Below are positions 17,755 to 25,519 of a DNA stretch of 64,000 bases, in pieces. The notes beneath the pieces are model-generated. The model saw only the letters and a list, made by a program, of their open reading frames with translations, made no database searches and was not told the origin of the DNA. Position 1 is the first letter of the stretch. Each line of letters starts with the position of its first letter. The translations under genes were made by a program, and so were the position numbers. This DNA is from an uncultured Bacteroidales bacterium (GTDB lineage Bacteria; Bacteroidota; Bacteroidia; Bacteroidales; Muribaculaceae): the NCBI GenBank assembly GCA_902772965.1, contig CACYCT010000081.1:3076-67075 (forward strand), written 5' to 3'.

Positions 17755-19326
17755 TCAATCTCCGCTCTCCAACCACGCCGCGAGGGCTTCGGCGCAACGC
17801 TCGCCATCAATCGCGCTCGAGACGATTCCTCCGGCGTAACCCGCTCCCTCACCGCAGGGATACAGACCGGCAACGCCGATGTGGCACAGGTTTTCGCCAT
17901 CTCGCGGAATGCGCACGGGGGAGGAAGTGCGCGTTTCCACACCTATGACAATCGCGTCGTTTGTAAGGAATCCGCGCGCGCGGGAGCCAAACTGTCGGAA
18001 TCCGCCTTGCAGCCGGCGGCCAATCATCGGCGGTAGCCATTGGTCGAGCCGTGAGGGCTGCACTCCGGCAGCGAACGACGATGGCGGAATCAGTCGCGAC
18101 GGCCTGCCGTCGACAAAGTCCTTCATCCGCTGCGCGCCGGCCACCTGACTTCGGCCGGCCTGCATCCAGCACTCGCGTTCCAACTCGGCCTGAAAGCGCA
18201 TCATCGCCAATGGCCCGGCGGAGGTGAATTTTTCGGGTAAGTCATTTACCCGCAATTCAACCACCATACCCGAGTTTGCCCAGTGGGAGTTTCGCCCGCT
18301 GGCCGACATTCCGTTGACCACCAACTGTTCCGCTCCGCTCGCGGCGGGCACAATCACGCCGCCCGGGCACATGCAGAACGAGTACACGCCGCGCCCGTCT
18401 ACCTGCGTGACGAAGTTGTATTCCGCCGCGGGGAGGTATTGTCCGCGTCCGTCAGGCGAGTGATACTGGATCTGGTCAATCAAATGTTGCGGATGCTCCA
18501 GCCGGACTCCCACGGCAAGGTCTTTCGATTCGATGGCGACCGACTGCTCATGAAGCATTTGGTAAACGTCGCGCGCCGAATGGCCGGTGGCCAGAATCAC
18601 CGCGCCTTCCACCACCTCATCTTCGGCGGTGACCACGCCGGTAACCGTGCCGTCTTGAATCATCAGCCGGGTGACGCGCGTCTCAAACCGCACCTCGCCG
18701 CCACGGTCGACAATCGTTTGCCGCATCGAGCGAATTACCGCCGGCAACTTGTCGCTGCCGATGTGCGGATGCGCGTCTACGAGGATATTCTCGTTCGCTC
18801 CGTGTTGGACAAAGATACCCAAAATCCGCTCCACCGAACCGCGCTTCTTGCTCCGTGTGTAGAGTTTTCCGTCGCTGAACGCTCCCGCGCCGCCCTCGCC
18901 GAAGCAGTAGTTGCTTTCGGGGTCAACGATACCCTCGCGTGAGATACGCGCCACGTCGACACGCCTGCGGTCTACGGGCTTTCCGCGTTCAAGCACCACC
19001 GGCCGCAGTCCCAACTCAATCAGCCGCAAGGCGGCGAACAGTCCGCCCGGTCCGGCCCCGACCACCACCACCTGCCTTCCCGAAGCCACGTTGGGGTAGG
19101 GTATAGGCGGCACGAGGTAGTCGCGGGTCATCGGCTCGTCGACATACGCGCGAACGGTTAGATTCACGGCCACACGCCGCTTTCGCGCGTCGATGGAACG
19201 TTTGAGAATTCTAACCCCCTGAATGCGGGAGGCATCCACGTCGAGCGTTTTTGCGACATGCGCCGAAAGACGGGCGTCATCGTATGCGATATGCGGCGGA
19301 AGACGGAGTTGAGTTTCGCGAATCAT
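17755..19326 (-). CDS. NAD(P)/FAD-dependent oxidoreductase (COG2509-type)
   Basis: Dinucleotide fold VVVVGAGPGGLFAAL and FGEGGAGAFSDGKL. The N-terminal RLPPHIAYDDARL...ILKRSIDARK is typical of this family. Confidence 0.85.
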   Translation of the reverse strand: MIRETQLRLPPHIAYDDARLSAHVAKTLDVDASRIQGVRILKRSIDARKRRVAVNLTVRAYVDEPMTRDYLVPPIPYPNVASGRQVVVVGAGPGGLFAALRLIELGLRPVVLERGKPVDRRRVDVARISREGIVDPESNYCFGEGGAGAFSDGKLYTRSKKRGSVERILGIFVQHGANENILVDAHPHIGSDKLPAVIRSMRQTIVDRGGEVRFETRVTRLMIQDGTVTGVVTAEDEVVEGAVILATGHSARDVYQMLHEQSVAIESKDLAVGVRLEHPQHLIDQIQYHSPDGRGQYLPAAEYNFVTQVDGRGVYSFCMCPGGVIVPAASGAEQLVVNGMSASGRNSHWANSGMVVELRVNDLPEKFTSAGPLAMMRFQAELERECWMQAGRSQVAGAQRMKDFVDGRPSRLIPPSSFAAGVQPSRLDQWLPPMIGRRLQGGFRQFGSRARGFLTNDAIVIGVETRTSSPVRIPRDGENLCHIGVAGLYPCGEGAGYAGGIVSSAIDGERCAEALAAWLESGD

Positions 19327-19345
19327 ACAGTAGGTATTTAAAATG

Positions 19346-19353
19346 CAAATTTA
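19346..19353 (-). promoter_or_regulatory. -7 box TAAATTTG upstream of the oxidoreductase gene
   Basis: Matches TAnnTTTG on the minus strand, 20 nt upstream of the ATG at 19326. Confidence 0.4.
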
Positions 19354-19450
19354 CAACAATTTTTTTAATTCCCGGTCAGCGTAATGCAAGACGAAGTCTC
19401 GTGCGAAATCAATCTGTATTTCGGAACGAAGTCATTTCCCGATAACAGAA

Positions 19451-19479
19451 AACCGGAGCCCGTGTTGTGGGTTCCGGTT
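19451..19479 (-). terminator. Hairpin immediately downstream of the tRNA
   Basis: AACCGGAGCCC...GGGTTCCGGTT, a 10/11-bp stem starting 2 nt after the tRNA 3' end. Confidence 0.5.
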
Positions 19480-19480
19480 G

Positions 19481-19554
19481 TAGCGGGACTGAGATTTGAA
19501 CTCAGGACCTCCGGGTTATGAATCCGACGCTCTAACCACCTGAGCTATCCCGCC
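19481..19554 (-). tRNA. tRNA with CAU anticodon (elongator Met, or Ile2 if lysidinylated); CCA not encoded
   Basis: Minus strand: GGCGGGATAGCTCAGGTGGTTAGAGCGTCGGATTCATAACCCGGAGGTCCTGAGTTCAAATCTCAGTCCCGCTA. It folds by hand into a cloverleaf: D stem GCTC/GAGC, T arm CTGAG-TTCAAAT-CTCAG, anticodon loop TTCATAA. Confidence 0.9.
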
Positions 19555-19583
19555 ATCATGGCTTCCTTTCGGAATTGCGACTG

Positions 19584-19614
19584 CAAAGGTACAACTTTTT
19601 TCCGGTCCGGCAAA
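19584..19614 (-). promoter_or_regulatory. Canonical Bacteroidota promoter for the tRNA (-33 TTTG, 19-nt spacer, -7 TACCTTTG)
   Basis: The minus strand reads TTTTG-ccggaccggaaaaaagttg-TACCTTTG. The -7 box ends 29 nt upstream of the mature tRNA 5' end. Confidence 0.6.
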
Positions 19615-19676
19615 ATTTTCGGCGTTTTTTTCGAAAAAAAGTTGTCTGACGGTGGAAGAGGGGGCGCGAATGTGCT

Positions 19677-22001
19677 TTAAGAGACCCGCAGTGGCGTGGC
19701 GACTGTGAGTTTTCCGTCGGGGTCGAGGGTGAGTTTGGCCGGGCCGCCTTGCTTGAGCGGGCCGAAGAGGATCTGTCGCACGAGGAGTGACTTGATTTCT
19801 CGGTGAATCACACGGTCCATTTCGCGCGCGCCGTATTCGGCCGAGAATCCGAGGTCGAGCAGGCGTTCGAGGGCATCGGACTCGATGGTGAGGGTGACGG
19901 CCTTGGAGGAGAGTTTGTCGGTGAGTTGGCGCAGTTTTTTCTTGAGCACGAGTGACGCCATGTGGCGGTCCATGTCGTTGAAGACAACGATGGAACTGAG
20001 GCGGTTGATGAACTCGGGTTTGAAGATTTTCTTGACTTGGGTGAGCATGGCATCGCCGGTGGAAACGTTTGAGGCGAAGCCGACGGATGCTTGCCGGGCA
20101 TACTGCGCGCCGGCGTTGCTGGTCATGATCAGGACGACGTTCTGGAAGTGTGCCTTGCGTCCTTTGTTGTCGGTGAGCACGCCGTAGTCCATCACTTGGA
20201 GGAGGATGTCGAACACGTCGGGGTGGGCTTTTTCGATTTCGTCGAGCAGGAGCACGCAGTCGGGGTGCCGGCGGACGGCGTCGGTGAGTTGTCCGCCGTC
20301 GTCGTAGCCAATGTATCCCGCGGGCGAGCCGATGAATTTGGCCACGGAGTGTTTTTCGGCGAACTCGCTCATGTCGAAGCGGACGAGTTCCACGCCGAGT
20401 TCGTTTGCGAGCGTGCGCGCGACTTCGGTTTTGCCCACGCCGGTCGGGCCAACGAAGAGGAGCGACGCGAGTGGTTTTCCGTCTTCCGTGAGTCCGGCTT
20501 TGGCCATTTGTACGGCTTCGACAACGGTCTGTACGGCAGTGTCCTGTCCGTACACAACGGCTTGGATACGCTCGGCGAGCGATTCGAGTCGCTGGTCGGC
20601 GTCCTTGTCGAGTGTGAGCGCGTCAACTTTGGCGATTCGAGCAAGTTCTTTGGCCATAAGTTCGAGCGTGACAACGGTTTGGGTGTGCTCTTTCTGTGCG
20701 TGGAGGAATGCTCCGGCTTCGTCAATCAGGTCGATGGCTTTGTCGGGCAGGCAACGGTCGGTGATGTGCTTTGCGGTCATTCGCACGGCGTATTCTACGG
20801 TTCCGTCGGCATAGGTCACGCCGTGGAACTGTTCGTATGCGGGTTTGAGCGCGTTGATGATGCGTACGGTTTCATCGATGGAGGGCTCGTCGACTTCGAT
20901 GGTCTGGAAGCGCCGCATGATTCCCCGGCTTCGCTGGATGTATCGGTTGTACTCTTCGTGAGTTGTCGCCCCGATGAATCGCAGGGTTCCCGATTCGAGG
21001 TAAGGTTTGAGCAGGTTGGACGCGTCCATGGAGCCGTCGGAGGTTTGTCCTGCGCCCATGATGGTGTGAATCTCGTCGATGTAGATGATGGCGTTTTTTT
21101 CTTGTGCCGCTCCGTCGAGCACGGATTTGAAGCGTTTCTCGAAGTCGCCCCGGTATTGTGTGCCGGCGAGCATGGTTCCCATGTCGATCATGTAGATTCG
21201 GCTTCCGGTGAGCCCTTCGGGCACCTCGCCGTTGTCGATCATGGCTGCCAGACCGTAGATGAGTGCGGTTTTTCCCACACCGGGTTCTCCGAGGTGCAAG
21301 GGGTTGTTTTTGTCTTTCCGGCAGAGCACGCGGATGGTTCGGGCGAGTTCTTCAGTCCGCCCGATGAGGGGGTTGTGTGCTTTATAGGTGTCGGAGATGG
21401 AGGTTACCCACTGTTTCCATTCGGGCTGTTCTTCTTTGGCGGCCGGTAAGTCTTTGTCTGTGTTGTTGTTATGGGGTTGATTGTGGTCTTCGTCCAAGGG
21501 GTCGGTTGGCGGGTCGAATGTGTTCGGAGTGTAAATGTCGGGTTTTCCTTCGTCGAAGTCTTCGAGGATGTAGTTCATGAAATCGCAGGCGTTTTCACCG
21601 AGGCAGCTGTTGAGCAAGTAGGCAGCCCATGAATGTCTGAGGTTCTGAATGGCCATGATCAGGAAAGGCACATCAATCCATGCCTCGGATGCTACGGCCG
21701 ATTCATGGGCTTCGTTGATGGCTTCAGTGAGTTCGTGAGATGGCAGTGTGTCGGATTTGATGCCGAATTGGTTGTCGGTTGCCGCGGGTTGTTCTTTGAT
21801 TTTTTTGATGATTTGCTCTGTGATGCTTTTGATGTCGGCCAACGGCTCGGCCTCCAGAATCGCGTCCCGGAATTTTTTCTGGTGCAGCAGGCAAAGAAGG
21901 ACGATTTCGGGTGTGATAAATTCGCGTTCGAGTTCAATGGCTTTCAGTTTGGCCATTTTGAGGAGTTCTTTGGTGAGAGGGCTGAAAAAGTTGTCTTCCA
22001 T
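19677..22001 (-). CDS. clpA: ATP-dependent Clp protease ATP-binding subunit ClpA
   Basis: 774 aa with a Clp_N-like N-terminus and two AAA modules (GEPGVGKTA...IIYIDEIH and GPTGVGKTE...VLLLDEIEKAH). Directly downstream of clpS. Confidence 0.95.
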   Translation of the reverse strand: MEDNFFSPLTKELLKMAKLKAIELEREFITPEIVLLCLLHQKKFRDAILEAEPLADIKSITEQIIKKIKEQPAATDNQFGIKSDTLPSHELTEAINEAHESAVASEAWIDVPFLIMAIQNLRHSWAAYLLNSCLGENACDFMNYILEDFDEGKPDIYTPNTFDPPTDPLDEDHNQPHNNNTDKDLPAAKEEQPEWKQWVTSISDTYKAHNPLIGRTEELARTIRVLCRKDKNNPLHLGEPGVGKTALIYGLAAMIDNGEVPEGLTGSRIYMIDMGTMLAGTQYRGDFEKRFKSVLDGAAQEKNAIIYIDEIHTIMGAGQTSDGSMDASNLLKPYLESGTLRFIGATTHEEYNRYIQRSRGIMRRFQTIEVDEPSIDETVRIINALKPAYEQFHGVTYADGTVEYAVRMTAKHITDRCLPDKAIDLIDEAGAFLHAQKEHTQTVVTLELMAKELARIAKVDALTLDKDADQRLESLAERIQAVVYGQDTAVQTVVEAVQMAKAGLTEDGKPLASLLFVGPTGVGKTEVARTLANELGVELVRFDMSEFAEKHSVAKFIGSPAGYIGYDDGGQLTDAVRRHPDCVLLLDEIEKAHPDVFDILLQVMDYGVLTDNKGRKAHFQNVVLIMTSNAGAQYARQASVGFASNVSTGDAMLTQVKKIFKPEFINRLSSIVVFNDMDRHMASLVLKKKLRQLTDKLSSKAVTLTIESDALERLLDLGFSAEYGAREMDRVIHREIKSLLVRQILFGPLKQGGPAKLTLDPDGKLTVATPLRVS

Positions 22002-22035
22002 ATGTTTGAATGATTTAAGGTTGTGTGTGTTGATG

Positions 22036-22350
22036 CTATGCTTCCTGGCAGGAGAACCGGAGCGGGTATTTGTTATCGCGCGCGAGCGTTGTGGCTTTGT
22101 CGATTTTGCTCATGGCGATGTCGTAGGAGTAACTTCCGGCAACGGCTTTCCCGGTCCGGTGCACTTTGAGCATGAGCGAGGTGGCCTCGTCCTGGGGCTT
22201 GTTGAACACGAGCATGAGCACGAGCACGACGAAGTCCATCGGCGTGAAGTTGTCGTTGTGAATCACGACGTTGAACTGCTTAGGTTCGTTGAGGTCGATG
22301 TGGTCTTTCTGCTTGACATTTGTGCCGGAGTTGTTTTTCTGTTCGGCCAT
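22036..22350 (-). CDS. clpS: ATP-dependent Clp protease adaptor ClpS
   Basis: 104 aa; FNVVIHNDNFTPMDFVVLVLMLVFNKPQDEATSLMLKVHRTGKAVAG is the conserved ClpS core. Confidence 0.95.
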   Translation of the reverse strand: MAEQKNNSGTNVKQKDHIDLNEPKQFNVVIHNDNFTPMDFVVLVLMLVFNKPQDEATSLMLKVHRTGKAVAGSYSYDIAMSKIDKATTLARDNKYPLRFSCQEA

Positions 22351-22390
22351 GGCGGAGTAGGTTTTTGGATTTCACGTGCGGTTGGGACTG

Positions 22391-22398
22391 CAAAGTTA
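22391..22398 (-). promoter_or_regulatory. -7 box TAACTTTG upstream of clpS
   Basis: Matches TAnnTTTG on the minus strand, 41 nt upstream of the ATG at 22350. No good -33 box. Confidence 0.35.
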
Positions 22399-22662
22399 AT
22401 GGAAAATTATGATATATCCATAACTGTGCAGCGATTGTGCGGCCATAAAGGATATGGCAAAAACCGTGCCGCGGGAGAGTGCGGTGAAGGCTTCTTTCTC
22501 GAGCCGTGACGGGAAACCGCTCACCATGCCCGCCCCGTCTTCGCCATTTCTGTAGCCCAGTCGAGCGCGGGCAGCACTGCCAGGGGCGATACATGGCTCG
22601 GCACGAGAAACGCCATCATCTTCAGCAAAGCACTATTTCCCCTGTATTCGACTATCATGGCA

Positions 22663-22716
22663 TTAGTCGTTATTCAGTTCGTCACCCATGCGATACTTGA
22701 TGTCGTAGTTATTCAT
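22663..22716 (-). pseudogene. Orphan 17-codon gene tail (MNNYDIKYRMGDELNND*), a duplicate of the tail of the 217-aa ORF
   Basis: Hand translation of the minus strand. 12 of 17 residues match IINYDIKYHMGDELNIK* (23734-23787), with the same distance to the stop. A 17-nt identical core TACTTGATGTCGTAGTT occurs at 22694-22710 and 23765-23781. It overlaps the rhuM stop codon. Confidence 0.5.
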
Positions 22717-23725
22717 CTTTTTCGTGGTTGTCTTTGTCTCCATTTGTCTTTTTTCCTCTTTTACTCAGTTGTTTGATTGTCTCAAAATAGGCCTGTTCAA
22801 CAGGCGAGAGATTGTGTTGCCGCCAAATGTCATATTCTTTCTTGGCTTTGAGCAATGCATCGGCATGGCTAATAGAACCGGCATCGGTCAGCAATTCCTG
22901 ACCGGTAGATGTAAGGATAGTGTCGAGTTGGTGGATATAGTCAGCCATATACATTGGTTGGCGTCGCATGGCTTGAATCTCTGCGAAATCAAAGTATCCT
23001 GAGACAAGGTTGTTAAGGATTTTGAGTTCGTTGTCGGTAAGATAATTTTTTGCAACACGTGTATCTTGCAGTGTGGGCCAGTCACCTTTGAAAGTGGTCA
23101 GTCCCATAAACGGCTTGGTGCTGTCGGCACGGTTATAAATCACCTCTGCAGCTGTACTTCCGTGAGCGGCATAGTGCAGTTTGTTTTGCACAATTTTAAA
23201 GAATGTTATCGATAAGTCACTATGTGGGTCATAGTCGACAGATGTGGCATAAAGGTCAAGCACTTGGCGATATAGCACACGTTCAGATGAACGTATATCA
23301 CGAATGCGGTCAAGGAGTTCTTTCCAATATCCGCCGCCACCCAGCTGTTTAAGACGCTCGTCGTCCATAGTGAACCCCTTGATGATGTACTCCTTAAGAC
23401 GTTCCGTAGCCCAACGTCGGAAGTGAGTTGCGATGAGCGACCTCACCCTGTAACCCAACGAGATGATCATGTCAAGGTTATAGTGACTCACCTGATAAGA
23501 TTTTCCATCAGCGGCAGTTGTTCGGAATTTCCGAACAACTGAGTTCCGCTTAAGTTCGCCTTCTTCAAAGATATGCTTAATGTGCTCACTAATATTTGAT
23601 TTGCTTGTTTTATATAACTCACAGAGTTGGCTTTGCGTGAGCCAAACGGTTTCAAGTTCAACACGCACCTCAATATGAGTTTTGCCGTCCTCGCTTTGAT
23701 AGATAATAATATCGTTATTTTCCAT
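22709..23725 (-). CDS. rhuM: RhuM-family protein
   Basis: 338 aa. The N-terminus IIIYQSEDGKTHIEVRVELETVWLTQSQLCELYKTSKSNISEHIKHIFEEGEL and YNLDMIISLGYRVRS..ATHFRRWATERLKEYIIKGF are recognised from memory as the RhuM family pattern. Confidence 0.8.
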   Translation of the reverse strand: MENNDIIIYQSEDGKTHIEVRVELETVWLTQSQLCELYKTSKSNISEHIKHIFEEGELKRNSVVRKFRTTAADGKSYQVSHYNLDMIISLGYRVRSLIATHFRRWATERLKEYIIKGFTMDDERLKQLGGGGYWKELLDRIRDIRSSERVLYRQVLDLYATSVDYDPHSDLSITFFKIVQNKLHYAAHGSTAAEVIYNRADSTKPFMGLTTFKGDWPTLQDTRVAKNYLTDNELKILNNLVSGYFDFAEIQAMRRQPMYMADYIHQLDTILTSTGQELLTDAGSISHADALLKAKKEYDIWRQHNLSPVEQAYFETIKQLSKRGKKTNGDKDNHEKDE

Positions 23726-23733
23726 AATTGTTT

Positions 23734-24387
23734 TTATTTGATGTTTAACTCATCGCCCATGTGGTACTTGATGTCGTAGTTGATGATCAAATCAAGTTCC
23801 TCCTCAGATAGTGAGAATAGATTAGCAATAATCGAATCAAGTTTATCAATTATAACTTTTGATTTCTTAGGATAGTACTCGTAATAGGTTGCGTTTCTAC
23901 CAGTCGATTTGTAAAAAGTATCTTTCCGAAATTTTTTGTTTTCATAATCATCAAATAGAGAATGACCTGCAGCAATTAAATCTTTGTCTTTTGCAAGCGA
24001 GGTGGAAAGTTGTCGAAGGACAAATTCATCTTTGGCAGTTGGAATTCCGATCTGTAGTTGTTTGCGGAATGCTATGGCCATTTTGACTTTCTGCTTGCGG
24101 ACAAAGTCACTATCGGGTAATGGATCGTCGGAACTATAAAGCATCTTTAACAATTCTTCCTTGGCTTGTTGCATACCAACCAGAAGCCGACATGTTCGTA
24201 ATTTACGGTCCCCATTTTCATCGACATATGCCCCAGCGAGATTTTCAATTTCGTTGAAAATCATACCCCAACCACGCAAATTGAAGTAGCCAACGCAGAA
24301 ATCAGCGCGTGTTGCACTATGACTTGAAAGATAACCTTTCAAACCGTCAGTGAATTTGCTGTTGATATTGTCGTAAAGTTTAGCCAT
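23734..24387 (-). CDS. 217-aa ORF: N-terminal fragment of a PLD-domain/helicase-type protein joined to a short C-terminal tail (internally deleted or fused remnant)
   Basis: aa 1-135 (MAKLYDNINSKFTDGLKGYL...RADFCVGYFNLRGW...RTCRLLVGM...) match, from memory, the N-terminus of ~1000-aa PLD-like SNF2-type helicases. The HKD motif and the whole helicase core are absent. The ORF ends with ...LSEEELDLIINYDIKYHMGDELNIK. Confidence 0.6.
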   Translation of the reverse strand: MAKLYDNINSKFTDGLKGYLSSHSATRADFCVGYFNLRGWGMIFNEIENLAGAYVDENGDRKLRTCRLLVGMQQAKEELLKMLYSSDDPLPDSDFVRKQKVKMAIAFRKQLQIGIPTAKDEFVLRQLSTSLAKDKDLIAAGHSLFDDYENKKFRKDTFYKSTGRNATYYEYYPKKSKVIIDKLDSIIANLFSLSEEELDLIINYDIKYHMGDELNIK

Positions 24388-24604
24388 ATCTTATTAATAG
24401 TGAACAGAGTTAAGGCTTATGCTTTTGATTTGACTGATTTTTCCTGAATGAGGTAAATAGTGTTAATCAAAATGATTGACAAAAGTAAGGATTTTCCCTG
24501 ATTCCTGCAAGTTTTTGGGGGTGATGAGGTAAAAAACACCTGATCAAGCCTGATTAAGTGGGTGGCGGGTTACGGTTCGCGTTCGGCGGTGGTTCTATTT
24601 CAGG

Positions 24605-25519
24605 TTATGGTTTTTCTTTCCGGTTACGCGGGTGGAACTGGAGTATTTGCTGGCGGAGGCGGGTGCGGTCGATGTGGACGTAGATTTCTGTGGTTGAGAT
24701 GTTCTCGTGCCCGAGCATTTGCTGGATGGCCCGGAGGTTGGCTCCGCCTTCGAGCAGGTGGGTGGCAAAGGAGTGGCGGAGTGTGTGGGGGCTGACGTTT
24801 TTGGTGATTCCGGCGAGTTCGCAGAGGCGTTTGATTATGATGAAAATCATTTGTCGGGTGAGCCGCCCTCCGCGCCGGTTGAGGAAGATGGTGTTTGCGG
24901 CTTCGGGTTTTGCGATGATGTTGGCCCGGACTTGTGTGAGGTAGTTGTCAATCAGCAGTAGTGCCTGGTCGCTGATGGGTACGATGCGTTGCTTGTCTCC
25001 TTTTCCCTGAACGCGGATGTAGTTTTCTTGCCTTTGAATGTCACCGAGTTGCAGGTTGACGAGTTCGCTCACCCGCAGTCCGCATGAGTAGATGGTTTCG
25101 ATGATGGCCTGGTTGCGAATGCCTTCCGGTGTTGTGGTGTCGATGGCGTTGATGATGTCGTCGATCTGGCGCACGGAGAGCACCTCGGGCAGGTGTCGTC
25201 CCTGTTGCGGCGGTTCGATGAGCAGTGTGGGGTTTTCGTGTGTGACTCCTTCGATGGTAAGGAACTTGTAGAATGCCTTGATTCCGGAGATGATTCGCGC
25301 CTGTGAGCGGGGGCTGATTCCGAGGTCCCGGATGTCGCCGAGGAATTGCTCGATTTGTTCTGTGGTGGCGTTTTCGACCGGTGTGTCGCCGAGGTAGTCG
25401 GTGAGTTTGTCGATGTCCTGCCGGTAGGCGAGGGCGGTGTTTGGCGCGAGTGCTTTTTCGACGCGGAGGTAGATGTCGAACTGCTGTTTAATGTCGTTGA
25501 TGTTGTGTTGGGCCGGCAT
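24605..25519 (-). CDS. xerD: Tyrosine recombinase XerD-like
   Basis: 304 aa with an N-terminal SAM-like core-binding domain (YLRVEKALAPNTALAYRQDIDKL). C-terminal catalytic residues ...GLRVSEL..., HTLRHSFATHLLEGGANLRAIQQMLGHENISTTEIYVH. Confidence 0.85.
   Translation of the reverse strand: MPAQHNINDIKQQFDIYLRVEKALAPNTALAYRQDIDKLTDYLGDTPVENATTEQIEQFLGDIRDLGISPRSQARIISGIKAFYKFLTIEGVTHENPTLLIEPPQQGRHLPEVLSVRQIDDIINAIDTTTPEGIRNQAIIETIYSCGLRVSELVNLQLGDIQRQENYIRVQGKGDKQRIVPISDQALLLIDNYLTQVRANIIAKPEAANTIFLNRRGGRLTRQMIFIIIKRLCELAGITKNVSPHTLRHSFATHLLEGGANLRAIQQMLGHENISTTEIYVHIDRTRLRQQILQFHPRNRKEKP

Noticed and set aside
16544-17797. A 417-aa ORF antisense to the whole nspC gene. Similar long antisense ORFs occur at 9189-10187, 20091-21449, 25522-26457, 37931-38953, 43390-44118, 57714-58640 and 61739-62476.
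   Set aside because: Each lies opposite a gene with clear family motifs. Their translations are low-complexity and rich in V, G, D, E and R, with no recognisable motifs. This is typical of shadow ORFs in GC-rich coding DNA.
19625-19640. A perfect 16-bp palindrome TTTTTTTCGAAAAAAA between clpA and the tRNA promoter.
   Set aside because: The stem is almost entirely A-T, so it would be very weak. It may contribute to clpA termination, but I cannot support a terminator or operator call.
22521-22658. A 45-aa minus-strand ORF (MIVEYRGNSALLKMMAFLVPSHVSPLAVLPALDWATEMAKTGRAW) in the GC-rich gap between the islet and clpS.
   Set aside because: Too short, with no promoter box, motif or homology I can recognise. 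ORFs of this length are expected by chance. It may be a relic of the original intergenic or coding DNA.
22634-24505. Possible att-like direct repeats at the islet borders (tatttcccctgtattc at ~22634 and gattttccctgattcc at ~24490).
   Set aside because: Only about 11 of 16 positions match, which is not distinguishable from chance.
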